From assembly GCA_951406725.2 (NCBI GenBank), contig OX597822.1, forward strand, positions 79,298,001 to 79,362,000: a DNA stretch of 64,000 nt, read 5' to 3'. Each line of letters begins with the position of its first letter. Position 1 is the first letter of the stretch. The DNA is from Octopus vulgaris (Eukaryota). Below the pieces are notes generated by a model, which was given only the letters and a program-made list of their open reading frames with translations, did not search any database and was not told where the DNA came from. Below are positions 28,257-40,779 of this stretch, piece by piece. The position numbers and the translations under genes were made by a program.

Positions 28257-28830
28257 GATATGTGTGTATATATATATGTATATATATATGTGTGTATATA
28301 TATATGTATATATATATGTATGTATATATATATGTATATATATATATGTATGTATGTATGTATGTATATGTATGTATGTATGTATATATGTATGTATGTA
28401 TATATGTATGTATATATGTATGTATGCATGTATGTATGTATGTATGTATGTATGTATATATATGTATATATATGTATGTATATATATGTATATGTGTATG
28501 TATATATGTGTATGTATATATGTGTATGTATATATGTGTGTATGTATATATGTGTGTATGTATATATGTGTATGTATATATGTGTATGTATATATGTGTG
28601 TATATATATATATGTGTGTATGTATATATGTGTATATATATATATATGTATATATATGTGTATGTATATATGTGTGTATATATATATATATGTATATATA
28701 TATGTATGTATATATATATATATGTGTGTGTATGTATATATGTATATATGTATGTATATATATATATATATATATGTGTCTGTATGTATATATTTATATA
28801 TATATATATATATATATGTGTCTGTATGTA

Positions 28831-28875
<45 letters not shown>

Positions 28876-28920
28876 ATATATGTATGTATATATATATATA
28901 TGTGTGTGTGTATATATGTA
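27720..28920. repeat. 1.2-kb compound (TA)/(TG)/(TATG) microsatellite with ~28-30-bp higher-order units
   Basis: TATATAGATGTGTGTGTATATATATATG-type units are repeated across 27820-28270. Confidence 0.97.
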
Positions 28921-30163
28921 TGATTGATTGATTGATTGATTGATTCCAGTTCCAGCCTATGAGCTGTGGCCATGCTGGGGCACCGCCATTTGGTGTTGCT
29001 ACTTGGTTTTACTTCATGGGGGCTTTCTAGCAACTGCTATTTGGTGCATGAGAGAGTTCGATGCAGCTGCCCTCATCTGCCCCTCCTGCCGTGAAGTTGG
29101 TTCATCTGGGACACCAGACAGGAAGAGATCCAGCTTCATTTTAAAGACATCTGTATCCACCCCATGCAGGTCTCTCAGGTTCTTCGGGAGGATATTGAAG
29201 AGCTGTGGGCCTCGGAAGCCCAGGCTATCACAGAATCTTGTCCTACATCTTGATGGCAGGTTTGGAGTCCTAGGCACCACGCAGTGGCGCCCAGTTCTGG
29301 CATTTGTGTAACTCTCGATGCCAAAGTTCAGGACACTTCCCTCCAGGATCTTCCAGATGTATATTATGGCATATCTTTCCCGCCTACGCTCCAGGGAGTA
29401 TAATTTTAATCTCTTGAGTCTTTCCCAGTAGCTTACATTCTGCATAGAGGCTATCTTCTTTGTGTAGCTTCGTTGGATCGCCTCAAGTTCTGTGATCAAC
29501 TTGACACTGGATGGTGACCATAGCTGAGAGCAATAGTCAAAGTGGCTTAGGACAAGTGTCTTCCAGAGGACCATCATGGTTTCTTGTTCTCTTGTTCTAA
29601 AGGTTCTAAGAATCCAGCCAGCCAGCCGTCTACATTTCACTGTCAGTTTAGCAACATGTACATGAAAGGTCGCGTCATCACTCATGTGAATACCCAGGTC
29701 ACGCACTGATTGTGCCTCTGGGATTGCAATCCCTCCGGGTCCAGTGTATTCATTGGGTATTGCATTCAGTTTTGCATGCTGATAGTATAAAGCTTGAAAC
29801 TTTCCAGCATTGAACTGCATGCTATTCTTTTCAGCCCACTTGTATATTTCGTCCAGCTCACATTGCAGGTTTTTAGTGTCCTCAGGGTTCTGTATTGCCT
29901 GTGAAACTTTTGTATCATCTGCATAACTTGTGATCGTGGATCTCTGCGTGGCTGAGGGCATGTCTGAGAGGGCCATTATGAACAGTAGTGGTCCCAAAAC
30001 AGTGCCCTGTGGAACACCACTCATTATTTGCGTGTTAATGGAAGTGGCCCCATTGGCTACTACCACCTGACTTCTATTCTTCAGAAAGTCGTGAAGCCAT
30101 TCTCCTAGTTTTCCAACTATGCCAAGATCACGCAACCTGTGACATATCATTCCGTGATCGACT
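28921..30163 (-). mobile_element. Young 5'-truncated CR1-clade LINE
   Basis: Open RT/C-terminal frame, ~70-nt 3'UTR and (TCAA)n tail. The 5' end abuts (TA)n just before the gap. Confidence 0.93.
29014..30163 (-). CDS. LINE ORF2 fragment: reverse transcriptase domain and C-terminus (partial, no start)
   Basis: Motifs VDHG, SGVPQGTVLGPLLF, YADDTK, VRDLGI, DYCSQLWSP and YSLERRRER, with no stops over ~380 codons. Confidence 0.93.
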
Positions 30164-30171
30164 GTATATAT

Positions 30172-30271
30172 NNNNNNNNNNNNNNNNNNNNNNNNNNNNN
30201 NNNNNNNNNNNNNNNNNNNNNNNNNNNNNNNNNNNNNNNNNNNNNNNNNNNNNNNNNNNNNNNNNNNNNNN
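30172..30271. other. Assembly gap (100 N)
   Basis: Run of N flanked by (TA)n. Confidence 1.
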
Positions 30272-30699
30272 TATATATGTCTATACACACACACACACAT
30301 ATATATATATATTATTTTATTCGTTTCAGCCATGCAGTTGCGGTCATGCTGGAGCACGAACAATTCGTATAGCTTTTTTATTTCCTTTAAGGAGAAACCT
30401 ACTGTTTTCAGAAGTGATTATCATATCCTTTAAGTTGTTGGCTACTATTTCTTGCAGATCGAACGGCTGGGTCTCAGCTATGTTATATCAAATCTAGTAT
30501 GATCTCAGACGTGATTATTCTATCTCTTTCCTTCTCAAAATCTTCCATGGAGTACACTATTTAATGTACTGTTCGATAATACGGGAAAATATGATCAACG
30601 TGACTTTTCGCTGCCATTTTCAGCAAGTTGAAACAATCGTATATGCTCTAATGAAACCCTAACCAACTCCATTCAAAATGATTAGGAAACGTTTTTCTT

Positions 30700-31538
30700 T
30701 TCTGCTCTAGGCACAAGGCCCGAAATTTAGGGGGAGGTGGCCAGTGAATTAGATCGACCATAGTACGCAACTAGTACTTAATATATCAACCCCGAAAGGA
30801 ACAATGGCAAAGTCGACCTCGGCGGAATTTGAACTCAGAACACAAAGACAGACGAAATACCTATTTCTTTACTACCCACAAGGAGCTAAACACAGAAGGG
30901 ACAAATAAGGACAGACAAACGGATTAAGTCGATTACATCGACCCCAGTGCGTAACTGGTACTTATTTAATCGACCCCGAAAGGATGAAAGGCAAAGACGA
31001 CCTCGGCAGAATTTGAACTCAGAACGTAACGGCAGACAAAATACCGCTAAACATTTCGTCCGGCGTGCTTAACGTTTCTGCCAGCTCGACAACTTTAAGG
31101 AAACGTAATTGATGCGTACATATTACCATAATTATAATAATAATGGTTTCCAATTTTGGCACAAGGCCAGCAATTTCGGGGAGGGGATAAGTTAATTACA
31201 TCGATCTTAGTATCAACTGGTGCTTGGTTTCATCGACCCCGAAAGGATGAAAGGTAAAATCAACCTCGGCAGAATTTGAACTCAGAACACGAAGACGGAC
31301 GAAATACCGATTAGCATTTTGCCAGACGTACTAACGATTCTGCCAGCTCGCCTTCATAATAACAATAATCCTTTCTATTGTAGGAACCAGGCCAGAAATT
31401 TGCGGGAAGGAGATAATCGATTACATCTACCCCAGTGTTACACTAGTACTTATTTCATTGACCCCGAAAGGATGAAAGCAATGTTGACCTCGGCGGAATT
31501 TGAACTCCGAACGTGAACACGGACGAAATGCCGCTTTC

Positions 31539-31570
<32 letters not shown>

Positions 31571-32328
31571 CCTTTCTACTATAGGCACCAACCCTGAAAT
31601 ATTCTTTTCTACTCTAGGCACAAGGCCCGAAATTTTTGGGGAGGGGACCAGTCGATTAGATCGACCCCAGTACGCAACTGGTACTTAATTTATCGACCCC
31701 CGAAAGGACGAAAGGTAAAGTCAACTTCAGCGGAATTTGAACTCAGACCAAGCCTGAAATATTGGAGGAGGGGGCTAGTCGATTCTGTCGACCCTAGTGT
31801 GTAACTGGTACTTATGTCATCAACCCCAAAGGGATGAAAGGTTAAAATCAACCTCAGCAGAAATTGAACTCGCAACGTGAAGACGGACGAAATGCCACTA
31901 AGCATTTTGCCAAGCTTGCTGCCTTCATAATAATAATAATAATACTTTCTACTATAGGCACAAGGCCTGCTATTTGGGGAAAGGGATTAAGTCGACCACT
32001 CGATTTTAGTGCTTAACTGGTACTTATTTAATCGACCCCGAAAGGATGAAAGACAAAGTCGACCTCAGCGGAATTTGAACTCAGAACGTAGTGGCAGACG
32101 AAATACCTATTTCTTTACTACCCACAAGGGGCTAAACACAGAGGGGACAGACAAACGGATTAAGTCGATTATATCGACCCCAGTGCGTAACTGGTACTTA
32201 ATTTATCGACCCCGAAAGGATGAAAGGCAAAGTCGACCTCGGCGGAATTTGAACTCAGAACGTAACGGCAGACGAAATACTGCTAAACATTTCGCCCGGC
32301 GTGATAACGTTTCTGCCAGCTCGCTGCC

Positions 32329-32366
<38 letters not shown>

Positions 32367-32455
32367 TTTGGCACAAGGCCAATAATTTCGGGGGAGGGGG
32401 TAAGTAATTATATTTTATCGAACCCCAAAGAGGACAAAGTTGACCTCGGCGGAAT
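30700..32455 (-). mobile_element. Head-to-tail array of about nine family-C SINEs separated by (AAT)n
   Basis: CGAAAGGATGAAAGGCAAAGTCGACCTCGGCGGAATTTGAACTC or close variants recur, all on the same strand. Confidence 0.92.
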
Positions 32456-33195
32456 AATATTAATAATCATTATTGTATATCATTTTGGAAACCCTAAATG
32501 TTTGACCGTTGCGAAGAAATAAAAGGGTTAATGGTAACTAAAATATTGATAATTATAATTTCGCGGATGTCAGGCAAATCGATCATCAAAGGCGCTTCAA
32601 CTATGACCACCTATTTTTCTTTCTTTCCTTTTTTTCCACGGTAAAGTGAATCTAGGACTGTACCATACAATATGTCAGTTTTTTTTCCTTTCTTTTTATA
32701 AGGTGACAGGATATTATTTGAATGGCTGCTATTTCGACACAACAGACTCGTTACTTTTTACTTATTTAATTGGTGGTTTTAATGTTAAAATCTTGGCTTA
32801 CTAGGAAACAAAATATTAGTTAGTCATAACTGATTTGTAATATTCTATCGACCATCAGTGTATGTGTATTATACACATGTACGGAGTTAAAAGATAAGGG
32901 TCGCTCACTATAAATAAAACGAACACTGATCGCACAAGGTACATACTTGGAGTACAAAAACTACTGTCAACAAAATAATAATGCGAATGTATGTGTATGT
33001 GTGGTTGATAGAATTATACAATCAATAAGAAGAAACAAAGCGTACTCGATATGTAATAGAGTTTTATAGTTTTATCATTATACATTGGAAACTAAAAACT
33101 TCACTACCCGTCATGTTTCGAATTTTGAATTATATACATACATATATACATACATAGATATATATATATCCATACACACACACTTAACCACCCTT

Positions 33196-33264
<69 letters not shown>

Positions 33265-33467
33265 TTAAAATCGATTTTGATGGAAACAAAAGCTAAGAAA
33301 CAGAAACTTAACAGACTATCTTTTACAATTTTTTAAATATAATTTTACACCTCTGCTCCCCACTCGCCAAAATAATCGACTCGAAGACAATGTCCCTACA
33401 CAACTACTTGACCTACAAGAAATAGCAACCGAATCGATATTAAAACGAAACCATTGTCGTCTTAATA

Positions 33468-33759
33468 AACGGAAGTAGACAAAATATATTTCTTTACTAC
33501 CCACAAGGGGCTAAACACAGAGTGGACAAACAAACGGATTAAGTCGATTACATCGACTCCAGTGCGTAACTGGTACTTAATTTATCGACCCCGAAAGGAT
33601 GAAAGGCAAAGTCGACCTCGCCTTTCATCCTTTCGAGGTCGATAAATTAAGTACCAGTTACGCACTGGAGTCGATGTAATCGACTTAATCCGTTTGTTTG
33701 TCCACTCTGTGTTTAGCCCATTGTGGGTAGTAAAGAAATATATTTGGTCTACTTCCGTT
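33468..33759. repeat. 140-bp-arm foldback hairpin made of a family-C SINE 3' half plus flank
   Basis: Arms 33468-33607 and 33620-33759, 12-nt loop, 3 mismatches counted. Confidence 0.95.
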
Positions 33760-34009
33760 GGTCCTAGGTGCCCTACGTCGAAAAATAGGTTGGGGTGGTC
33801 ACAGCTGGATAGAAGTACGCATTGGATACTGTGGTCCTAACTGCACTGTGCTTATAAAGAAAAAAAGGCAGCGGTGTGGGGTTACGGGTGGAATACGTTT
33901 CTTTAAAGGCCTGCTAGATCAGGGACTAATGCTGGGAGGGGCGGGGGTTTGGGGAAATGAAGGCCTGAGGTGCTAAACGACGAAACAAGATAAAAAATTT
34001 GAACAAAAT

Positions 34010-34097
34010 GTTTGTGTATGTGTGCATGTGTTCGTGTATGTATAAATGCGTATGTATGCGTGTGTACATGTGCACGTGTATGTGTGCGTATGTGTAT

Positions 34098-34149
<52 letters not shown>

Positions 34150-34455
34150 CTGTGTGTGTATTTATATATATATGTGTGTGTGTGTGTGTATTTATATATG
34201 TGTGTGTGTGTGTATTTATATATATTTGTGTGTGTGTGTGTGTGTGTATTTATATATATTTATGTGTATGTATATATATATATATACATACTCACACACA
34301 TACACACATATGTATGGATGGATGTGTGTACATGTGTATATATGCGTGACTATATAAATGTGTATGTATAAATATATATGTGTGTATGTGTGTGTGTGTG
34401 AAAAATATGTAAAAACGTATAAACATATGTAAAATATATTTATATACACACACAC
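34010..34455. repeat. (TG)/(TA) compound microsatellite
   Basis: Direct inspection. Confidence 0.95.
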
Positions 34456-34887
34456 CTATGTATTGAATGTGGGTGTAACAATGGCAGGGAGAGAGAGAGA
34501 AGAGGAAAAGCTAAAATAGAAACCGGCAAGTTGTCTTTAAAGCACACAATCATTTCATACTCACACTTACAAAACATGAGCAGTAACAATACAGCTACTG
34601 ACACAAAATAAGGGATCGATTTATAAACGAACCCATCTAATAAACTAAGCCCTCATTTTCTGGCCACTCATTATTGTTATTGGTCATATTGTTTAGCCCC
34701 AGGTAAGTCGTGATATAGCAGACCTATGATCAACAGAATCCTAACCGTGACCAGCCTGTATTTTTTCTTTTCTAAGTGAAGGGAATTCAGGGTCACATTA
34801 TCTAACGTGTCCCATTTTTAAGGGGGTACATCACCACTTCGAGACCCGTAGTTAGAGCCCCTCGTTAAACCCCGATTGAGTAGAACT

Positions 34888-34960
<73 letters not shown>

Positions 34961-36206
34961 TATATACACACATGATATAAGGAGTTTTGTGTCTCTGTGA
35001 GACGGTATATTTTCAGAGATATTATTTCTAGCAGAAGCTGAAAACTTCACAAATCGTTAATCCGTGATTTTCATTACCGATATGTATACATGTGTGAGTG
35101 AGAGAGTGTGTATGTTTATGTGAATATATAGTTGCCTAAGTGTACACGCATGTATATATGTGTACGTATGTGTGTTTGCATATATAAATACTTAACTGTG
35201 AGTGGGTAAGTGTATGTATGTATACGTGCGCATGACTGTATGTGTAAGTGTGAGTGCGTGTGTATAAACGTGTATGTGCGTGAGTGTGTGTGGTTGTGTT
35301 TATGAGTGTGTATGTATGTATAAATGTGTATCTGCGTATGTGAATATGTATCTATGTGTGCGTGTTTACGAGTGTGTATATATGTACGTGTGTATGTATG
35401 AATGCATATGTGTATGTAAGTGTGTATGTATGTGTGTGTGTGTATTTGTGTGTCCATGAAAGACCAGAGAGGAGTGTGTATAGAAAGTGTATATAAAGAG
35501 AGACAGATGAGGGTAGATAGAGATACAGACGACATGGCTAGATAAATAGATAGAAAAATAGATAAGTCTAAGCTGTTAACTTCGGCTGCAACACCTGAAC
35601 ACAACTAACATACTTTATATTGTTCAGTTTGTCAAATGAAGCATTTTAATATCATAATTTTTTTTCTTTCAAATAATATTCGGTTTAATTAAGGAAATAT
35701 ATAAACAAAAATATAAGTATCTTTCAATCAAACGTGTGCGTAAAAAAAGTCTCTTCGCATCTTTTTAGCTAATATTTCTAATTATTTTTCTAATTATTTC
35801 TAATATTTTAATAATTCTGACCAGTAGTTTAAAAAAAAAAAAAGAGAGATACTCAATTTAATTAAGAAAAAATATAAAACAAAATTACAAGCATCGTTCA
35901 GTCAAACGTGTCGAGTGCGTGAAAAAAAAAGTCTCTTAGCATCTTTTTAGATGGGTTTTTTTTTTTTTACAAGGCGAAACTTAAAAGTATTACAGCACAA
36001 CTATTATTTTATTTATTCTGTTATGAATATTCGGTCCCTAATAAATAAATTTCAATCAAATTGTTACATTAAAAATGTCCCCTTTTACACGTAAATTAAA
36101 GGTTTGTGTCATCAGGTCTTAAGGTCTGTTGATAGACATTAAGAGTCAGTGAGAGAGAGAGGGAGTGAGTGGGGGAGGGCAGCTGTAATAAATGAACGGA
36201 ACTTAC

Positions 36207-36318
36207 CGTAAAAACTATAGGGAGCAGGTCCTCTTCCCAAGGCTCCACCAACGTTCATATAGTAAATATAAGTCCACAAAAAGGCCAGGCATGGACCTAG
36301 CCTAATCTGGCCTAGCAT
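36207..36318 (-). CDS. Probable first coding exon (signal peptide) of a secreted or membrane protein
   Basis: ACT-ATG start with an in-frame upstream TGA. Encodes MLGQIRLGPCLAFLWTYIYYMNVGGALGRGPAPYSFY and ends at a consensus phase-1 donor ACG|GTAAGT. Lies in unique, non-repeat sequence. Confidence 0.65.
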
Positions 36319-36833
36319 AGTTAGTCATTTCCTTGGCCAGTAAAGCCAGACAAATCAAGCACAAAGGCGTTGAAAGGAGGAGAAAGCTTGTAAAGCCGAC
36401 ATTGTCAATCGAGTGTACACAACAAACATTGCCGCCGCAGCTTACGGTTGGTCGTCACTATGGAATAGCAGTTTGTAGTAAATCGAGTTATGGAAGCAAC
36501 GAAGTGCTATAACGTTATAGTTATTATATTAGACGGGGTTTTTGTTGTTGATGTTATTTTTTTCTCTACTATTTCTTTTATTTATTTTGTTATACCCTTT
36601 TATAACACTTCATTTACTTATTTTTCCCTCATTGGATTGTGGCCATGCTGGAGCACTGATTTGAAGGCTCGATTAAATCAATTCTACTATTTTATTTTAG
36701 GTTTGGTATTTATTCTATCTGTCGGATTTGCTGAACTGTTAAGTTACGGAAACGCAAACAACCGTCTACTGATTATGCATGTACACATATTCATATAGAC
36801 GCAAGTATACACACGCACATGCATAAGCACATG

Positions 36834-36867
<34 letters not shown>

Positions 36868-37114
36868 ATGTGTGTACATATATATGTGTGATGATGGTGT
36901 GTGTATGTGGCGTGCGGGGAGGTTGGGGGGTTTGTAGAGTCTTCGTCAATTAAATCACCTCATAAGTCATTAGTCATTTGTCAACTCGACGCTATAGTAG
37001 AAGTCAAATAACTCAGGTACCACCGCTCAGTAGGACTGAACTTGAAACGACTTCTTAACCACAAAGTCAAGCTTTTTTGTTTAGGTATGGGTGAACTCTG
37101 ATCGAGCACACAAA

Positions 37115-37456
37115 TGATCATATATATTCCAGCCGTGACCATTCCGACTATGAGTGTCTATGACTTCATTATCTAACGTCATTCCCTTTTTTTTCTTTTT
37201 TTTTTTTTGGCTGGGAGGTGATAAAGTGGAATACTTGGCTGCTATTTTCAGCTAATCGGAATACCACGTCGAGGCTCTCTCAGTGATCATATATATTCCA
37301 GCCGTGACCATTCCGACTATGAGTGTCTATGACTTCATTCCTAACGTCATTCCCTTTTTTTCTTTTTTCTTTTTTTTGGCGGGGAGGTGATAAAGTGGAA
37401 TATTTGGCTGCCATTTTTAGCTAATCGGAATACCACGTCAAGGCTCTCTCAGTGAT
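37115..37456 (+). repeat. 169-bp tandem duplication
   Basis: Two near-identical units, with TGAT at 37115, 37284 and 37453. Confidence 0.95.
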
Positions 37457-38271
37457 GTAGTTACAATAAGTACAACATAGAGAAACCCTTGAGTTTCCCG
37501 CCCATCCTCGGGCTCCCAAACTTATTGAAGCTTATACAGGCAGACCCAAATTGCCGCCTCCATAAACATATACCTCCCACCCTCGCTCCCACCCTGACTA
37601 TGCTACTGGGCTCTCTTCAAGTAGAGAATTTTATAGGGTGATGAGCAGGGGTACATAATTTTGTTGTTTAACCCCAGGCCAGACCTGATTGAACAAGCTT
37701 ATGATACAAAGATGTTCTGGCCTTGGTCATCACGTTTTATATATTGGAATCACTTTTTTCCATTATGTCCTTCCTTATTTTAAGAGAAGAGGGTATGGTT
37801 TGGGAAATATTTTGTATGACTTTTCCTGAAAATCGAGAAACTGGATTGAGAGAGAAGTTTCCTTGTTGTTTTGTACTGGTATACAGTATATATATCTTTT
37901 AATTGTTTCAATTTAAGTAACTGCGGCCATGCTGGAGCACCGCCTTGAAGAATTTTTAGTCGAATGAATTCCCCCCAGTTTGTTTTTTAAACCTAGTACT
38001 TCTATCGAATACTTTTGTCGAACCGCTAAATTACGGAGATATAAACACACCAATACCGGTTTTCAAGCGGGGTGGGAGACAGACAAAACACACACACATA
38101 CATAATACATACATACAAATAATGCAGTCGCCATTATTTCATTCCATATCGGCCGCCTCTGATGAACGAAGGGTTACATAATCAGATTGTTACGTAACAC
38201 TCCGTTCAATCTCTGCCGCGAAAATGATTCGTAAAATCGGCCTAATGGATATATAATACTGCATGCTTCAG

Positions 38272-38326
<55 letters not shown>

Positions 38327-38427
38327 ATCAAACTGTTTTGATCCATACCTGTAACTTCCAATAAGGTTGAGTGCCCTTCTGTCGGTTGTCCACCCACTCG
38401 TGTATATATATATATATATATATATAT

Positions 38428-38570
38428 CCGCGACAAAAAAAAAACGAAGAACAAACACAAGAAAAAAAAACAGGAAGGACGTGGTAATGCAAAGTATTAG
38501 CAGACGCTCAGGGAAGGAAAGAAAGGTGGTTTTACGTTTCGAGCAAAGCTCTTCATCATAAACAGGAGAG
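38428..38570 (-). mobile_element. Penelope-like terminus with a degenerate hammerhead (38529-38563)
   Basis: Minus strand GTTT-ATGATGA-A-GAGC-TTT-GCTC-GAAA-CG-TA-AAAC (C3 changed to A). Homologous to 54633-54832. Confidence 0.65.
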
Positions 38571-38839
38571 GGCTTCTTTCAATTTCCGTCTAACAAATCC
38601 TCTCACAAACTTCCATAGTAGAAGACACTTGCCCAAGGAACTATGCAATGGGACTGAACCCGGAACCATGTGGTTGGGAAGTAAACTTCTTAGCACACAA
38701 CCCTGACCTGAATAATATTGGTGCTTAGACTCAGGCCAGCCCTTAAAGTGTAAACTATGATCAGAGGCATTCCAACCATGGCCTTCTTATTTTTAGACTC
38801 AGTATATCTAGGATTACAACATCTAATGTGTTCTCTATT

Positions 38840-39215
38840 TCTCTTTTCCGCATTTCATTCATAGGACTACGGCCATGCTGGGGCACCGCCTTAAAAGGTT
38901 TAGGTCGAACAAATTGACCCCAGCACTTAATTGGTTTTAAAGGTTGGTTCTTATTCCATCGACCACTTATAGCAAACCGTGGAGTTGCAAGGACGTAACA
39001 TAGTCGAGCAGTATAGAGACGCGCATGCACCCGCGCACACACCCACATATATACATACATAGACGCACGCGTAATGGGATTCATCGTAGTTTCCGTCTAC
39101 CAAATTCAGTCACAAGGAATTAGTCGGCCCATGCTCAAGTAGAAGACATTGCCCAAGGTGCATGCTCTAGGACTGAACCGGAAACCACATAACTGGAAAG
39201 TGAGCTTCTTAACAA
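38840..39215 (-). mobile_element. Family-B SINE
   Basis: GGCCATGCTGGGGCACCGCCTT and a reverse tRNA head. Confidence 0.8.
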
Positions 39216-40382
39216 AACGAAACGAAACGGCAGAATGTGATTTAAGGTCAATGATGAAAAAAACTGATGAAAAGAAAAACCCAACTCCCCCTAAAAAATA
39301 AAATATCAGTAAAATATATTTACACCTCTTCACAGGTTAATATGAAAACAAAGGAAACTTTGCATCCATTTAATTTTTAGGAGTTAAAGTTGCGTGGCTC
39401 TGGCCCTGGTAACATAATTTTCTGATTCCGAATGAGCCAGATATAACAACGAAAAGAAATACGAGGATAAGAGTTGTAATTTACGGCCACACTTTATTTC
39501 AACTGCAGATGGAAAATAGAACAAAGGTTGGTACAACATAAACGATACTGTAGTGGGTTTTCATGCGGTTGGTACTTGGTGTATACTGAACGGAACACGA
39601 CAGCGCGTGAAAGCTCTCTACTGAATAACTCCTCTCTTTGATCTAGCTTAGAGAAAATTCTTAATTTATAAATATAGTGGGGCTCCAGCGAGCCAAAACA
39701 TTTTGTCGCGCTTGACTGGTCTGGTAAGTGATCTGATTGGATAACTAATGCATCCAATCTCCACACACGGACTTGGTCAATGTGTAAACCATCACCTGAC
39801 TAGCTCATGTGACTACTTGCAGAAAACCAGCGTAATGAGCCAAAATCTGAGTATTTAAGCCTAATCAGTTGACTGATAATTATATCTCGGCTACAAATTC
39901 TTCAGCTTTTTACCATTGCTCTGGACATGTTTAAAAAGTATCTTAATTTGCTAAACATCGTCCGTTCTGTTTCAATACTTGTAGCTTCCCTCTCCTTGGG
40001 ATTGGGCTGCCTCTATAAGAAACTCTGATAGATGTTACTGCTGTTGTTCGTGTGCTTTCAAATTTGAATGCACTGAATTGCTTAAAAGGACTAAAAATCA
40101 GTTTTAGGTGTTGAACAGCGAAAGTTGCTTTTGACAAAATTTTCTCTTATTTCTAATGCTTGTCTTGTGACATTGATTATGAATAAAACTGGGAAACAAA
40201 CACAAAGAAACACAGGCACACGCAGCGATAATTCATAGTTTGACGGAGAGTATTTTTTTTTCCATATGGAAAGTGTGCGCGTCATATTTATAAAGATACG
40301 ATTGCAGTTTATAAAAAGTACAATCTGGAACGTCACTATTTAAACAAACTGTTTGAACAAAACTGAACAGAACTCTTCATTT

Positions 40383-40694
40383 ATACAAGTATAACACCGA
40401 TTTCCCGGATACCGGTGATCCAGAAAATCTTATAATTGGCGCTAGTTTACAAGCAGGGCTTCAAATTAGCTCGGCCACCGGACGAGTTTACTCGTACCAT
40501 GCACAGTACAGTATTAATAAACTTAATGCCATTTATATTAACGTATAGGTACGTGTATTTCATTTAATTATCCGAGTAAATTTAATATCTAATTTAGAGT
40601 ATGTTGATCAAGATGATAACCCCAGGTTCGGAAAATCGCTAATCCGGAATGGTTTTGGAACCAGAGATTTCGGAAAATCGATATTGCCCCTATA
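40383..40694. mobile_element. Old pogo/Tigger-like MITE
   Basis: Degenerate TIRs ..AACACCGATTTCCCGGA / TTCGGAAAATCGATATT.. with TA flanks. Confidence 0.4.
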
Positions 40695-40779
40695 TGCAAA
40701 CGGCGATTTATTTTCATGAGACATATCACTAAAATAATCATATAATGCGAGTTATGAGGTGAATTGATCTAATTGCAAA

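Noticed and set aside
30164-30363. N-terminal extension of the 449-aa RT ORF
   Set aside because: Runs through (TA)n, a 100-N gap and a SINE tail. The LINE is truncated at ~30163.
30700-32455. Regularly recurring ~45-bp motif resembling a CRISPR array
   Set aside because: The units are whole SINEs with homologous intervening sequence, in eukaryotic context with no cas genes.
34555-34610. Minus-strand GTAAGT/GTGAGT donors as a second exon of the 36207 gene
   Set aside because: No convincing acceptor or frame-compatible coding segment.
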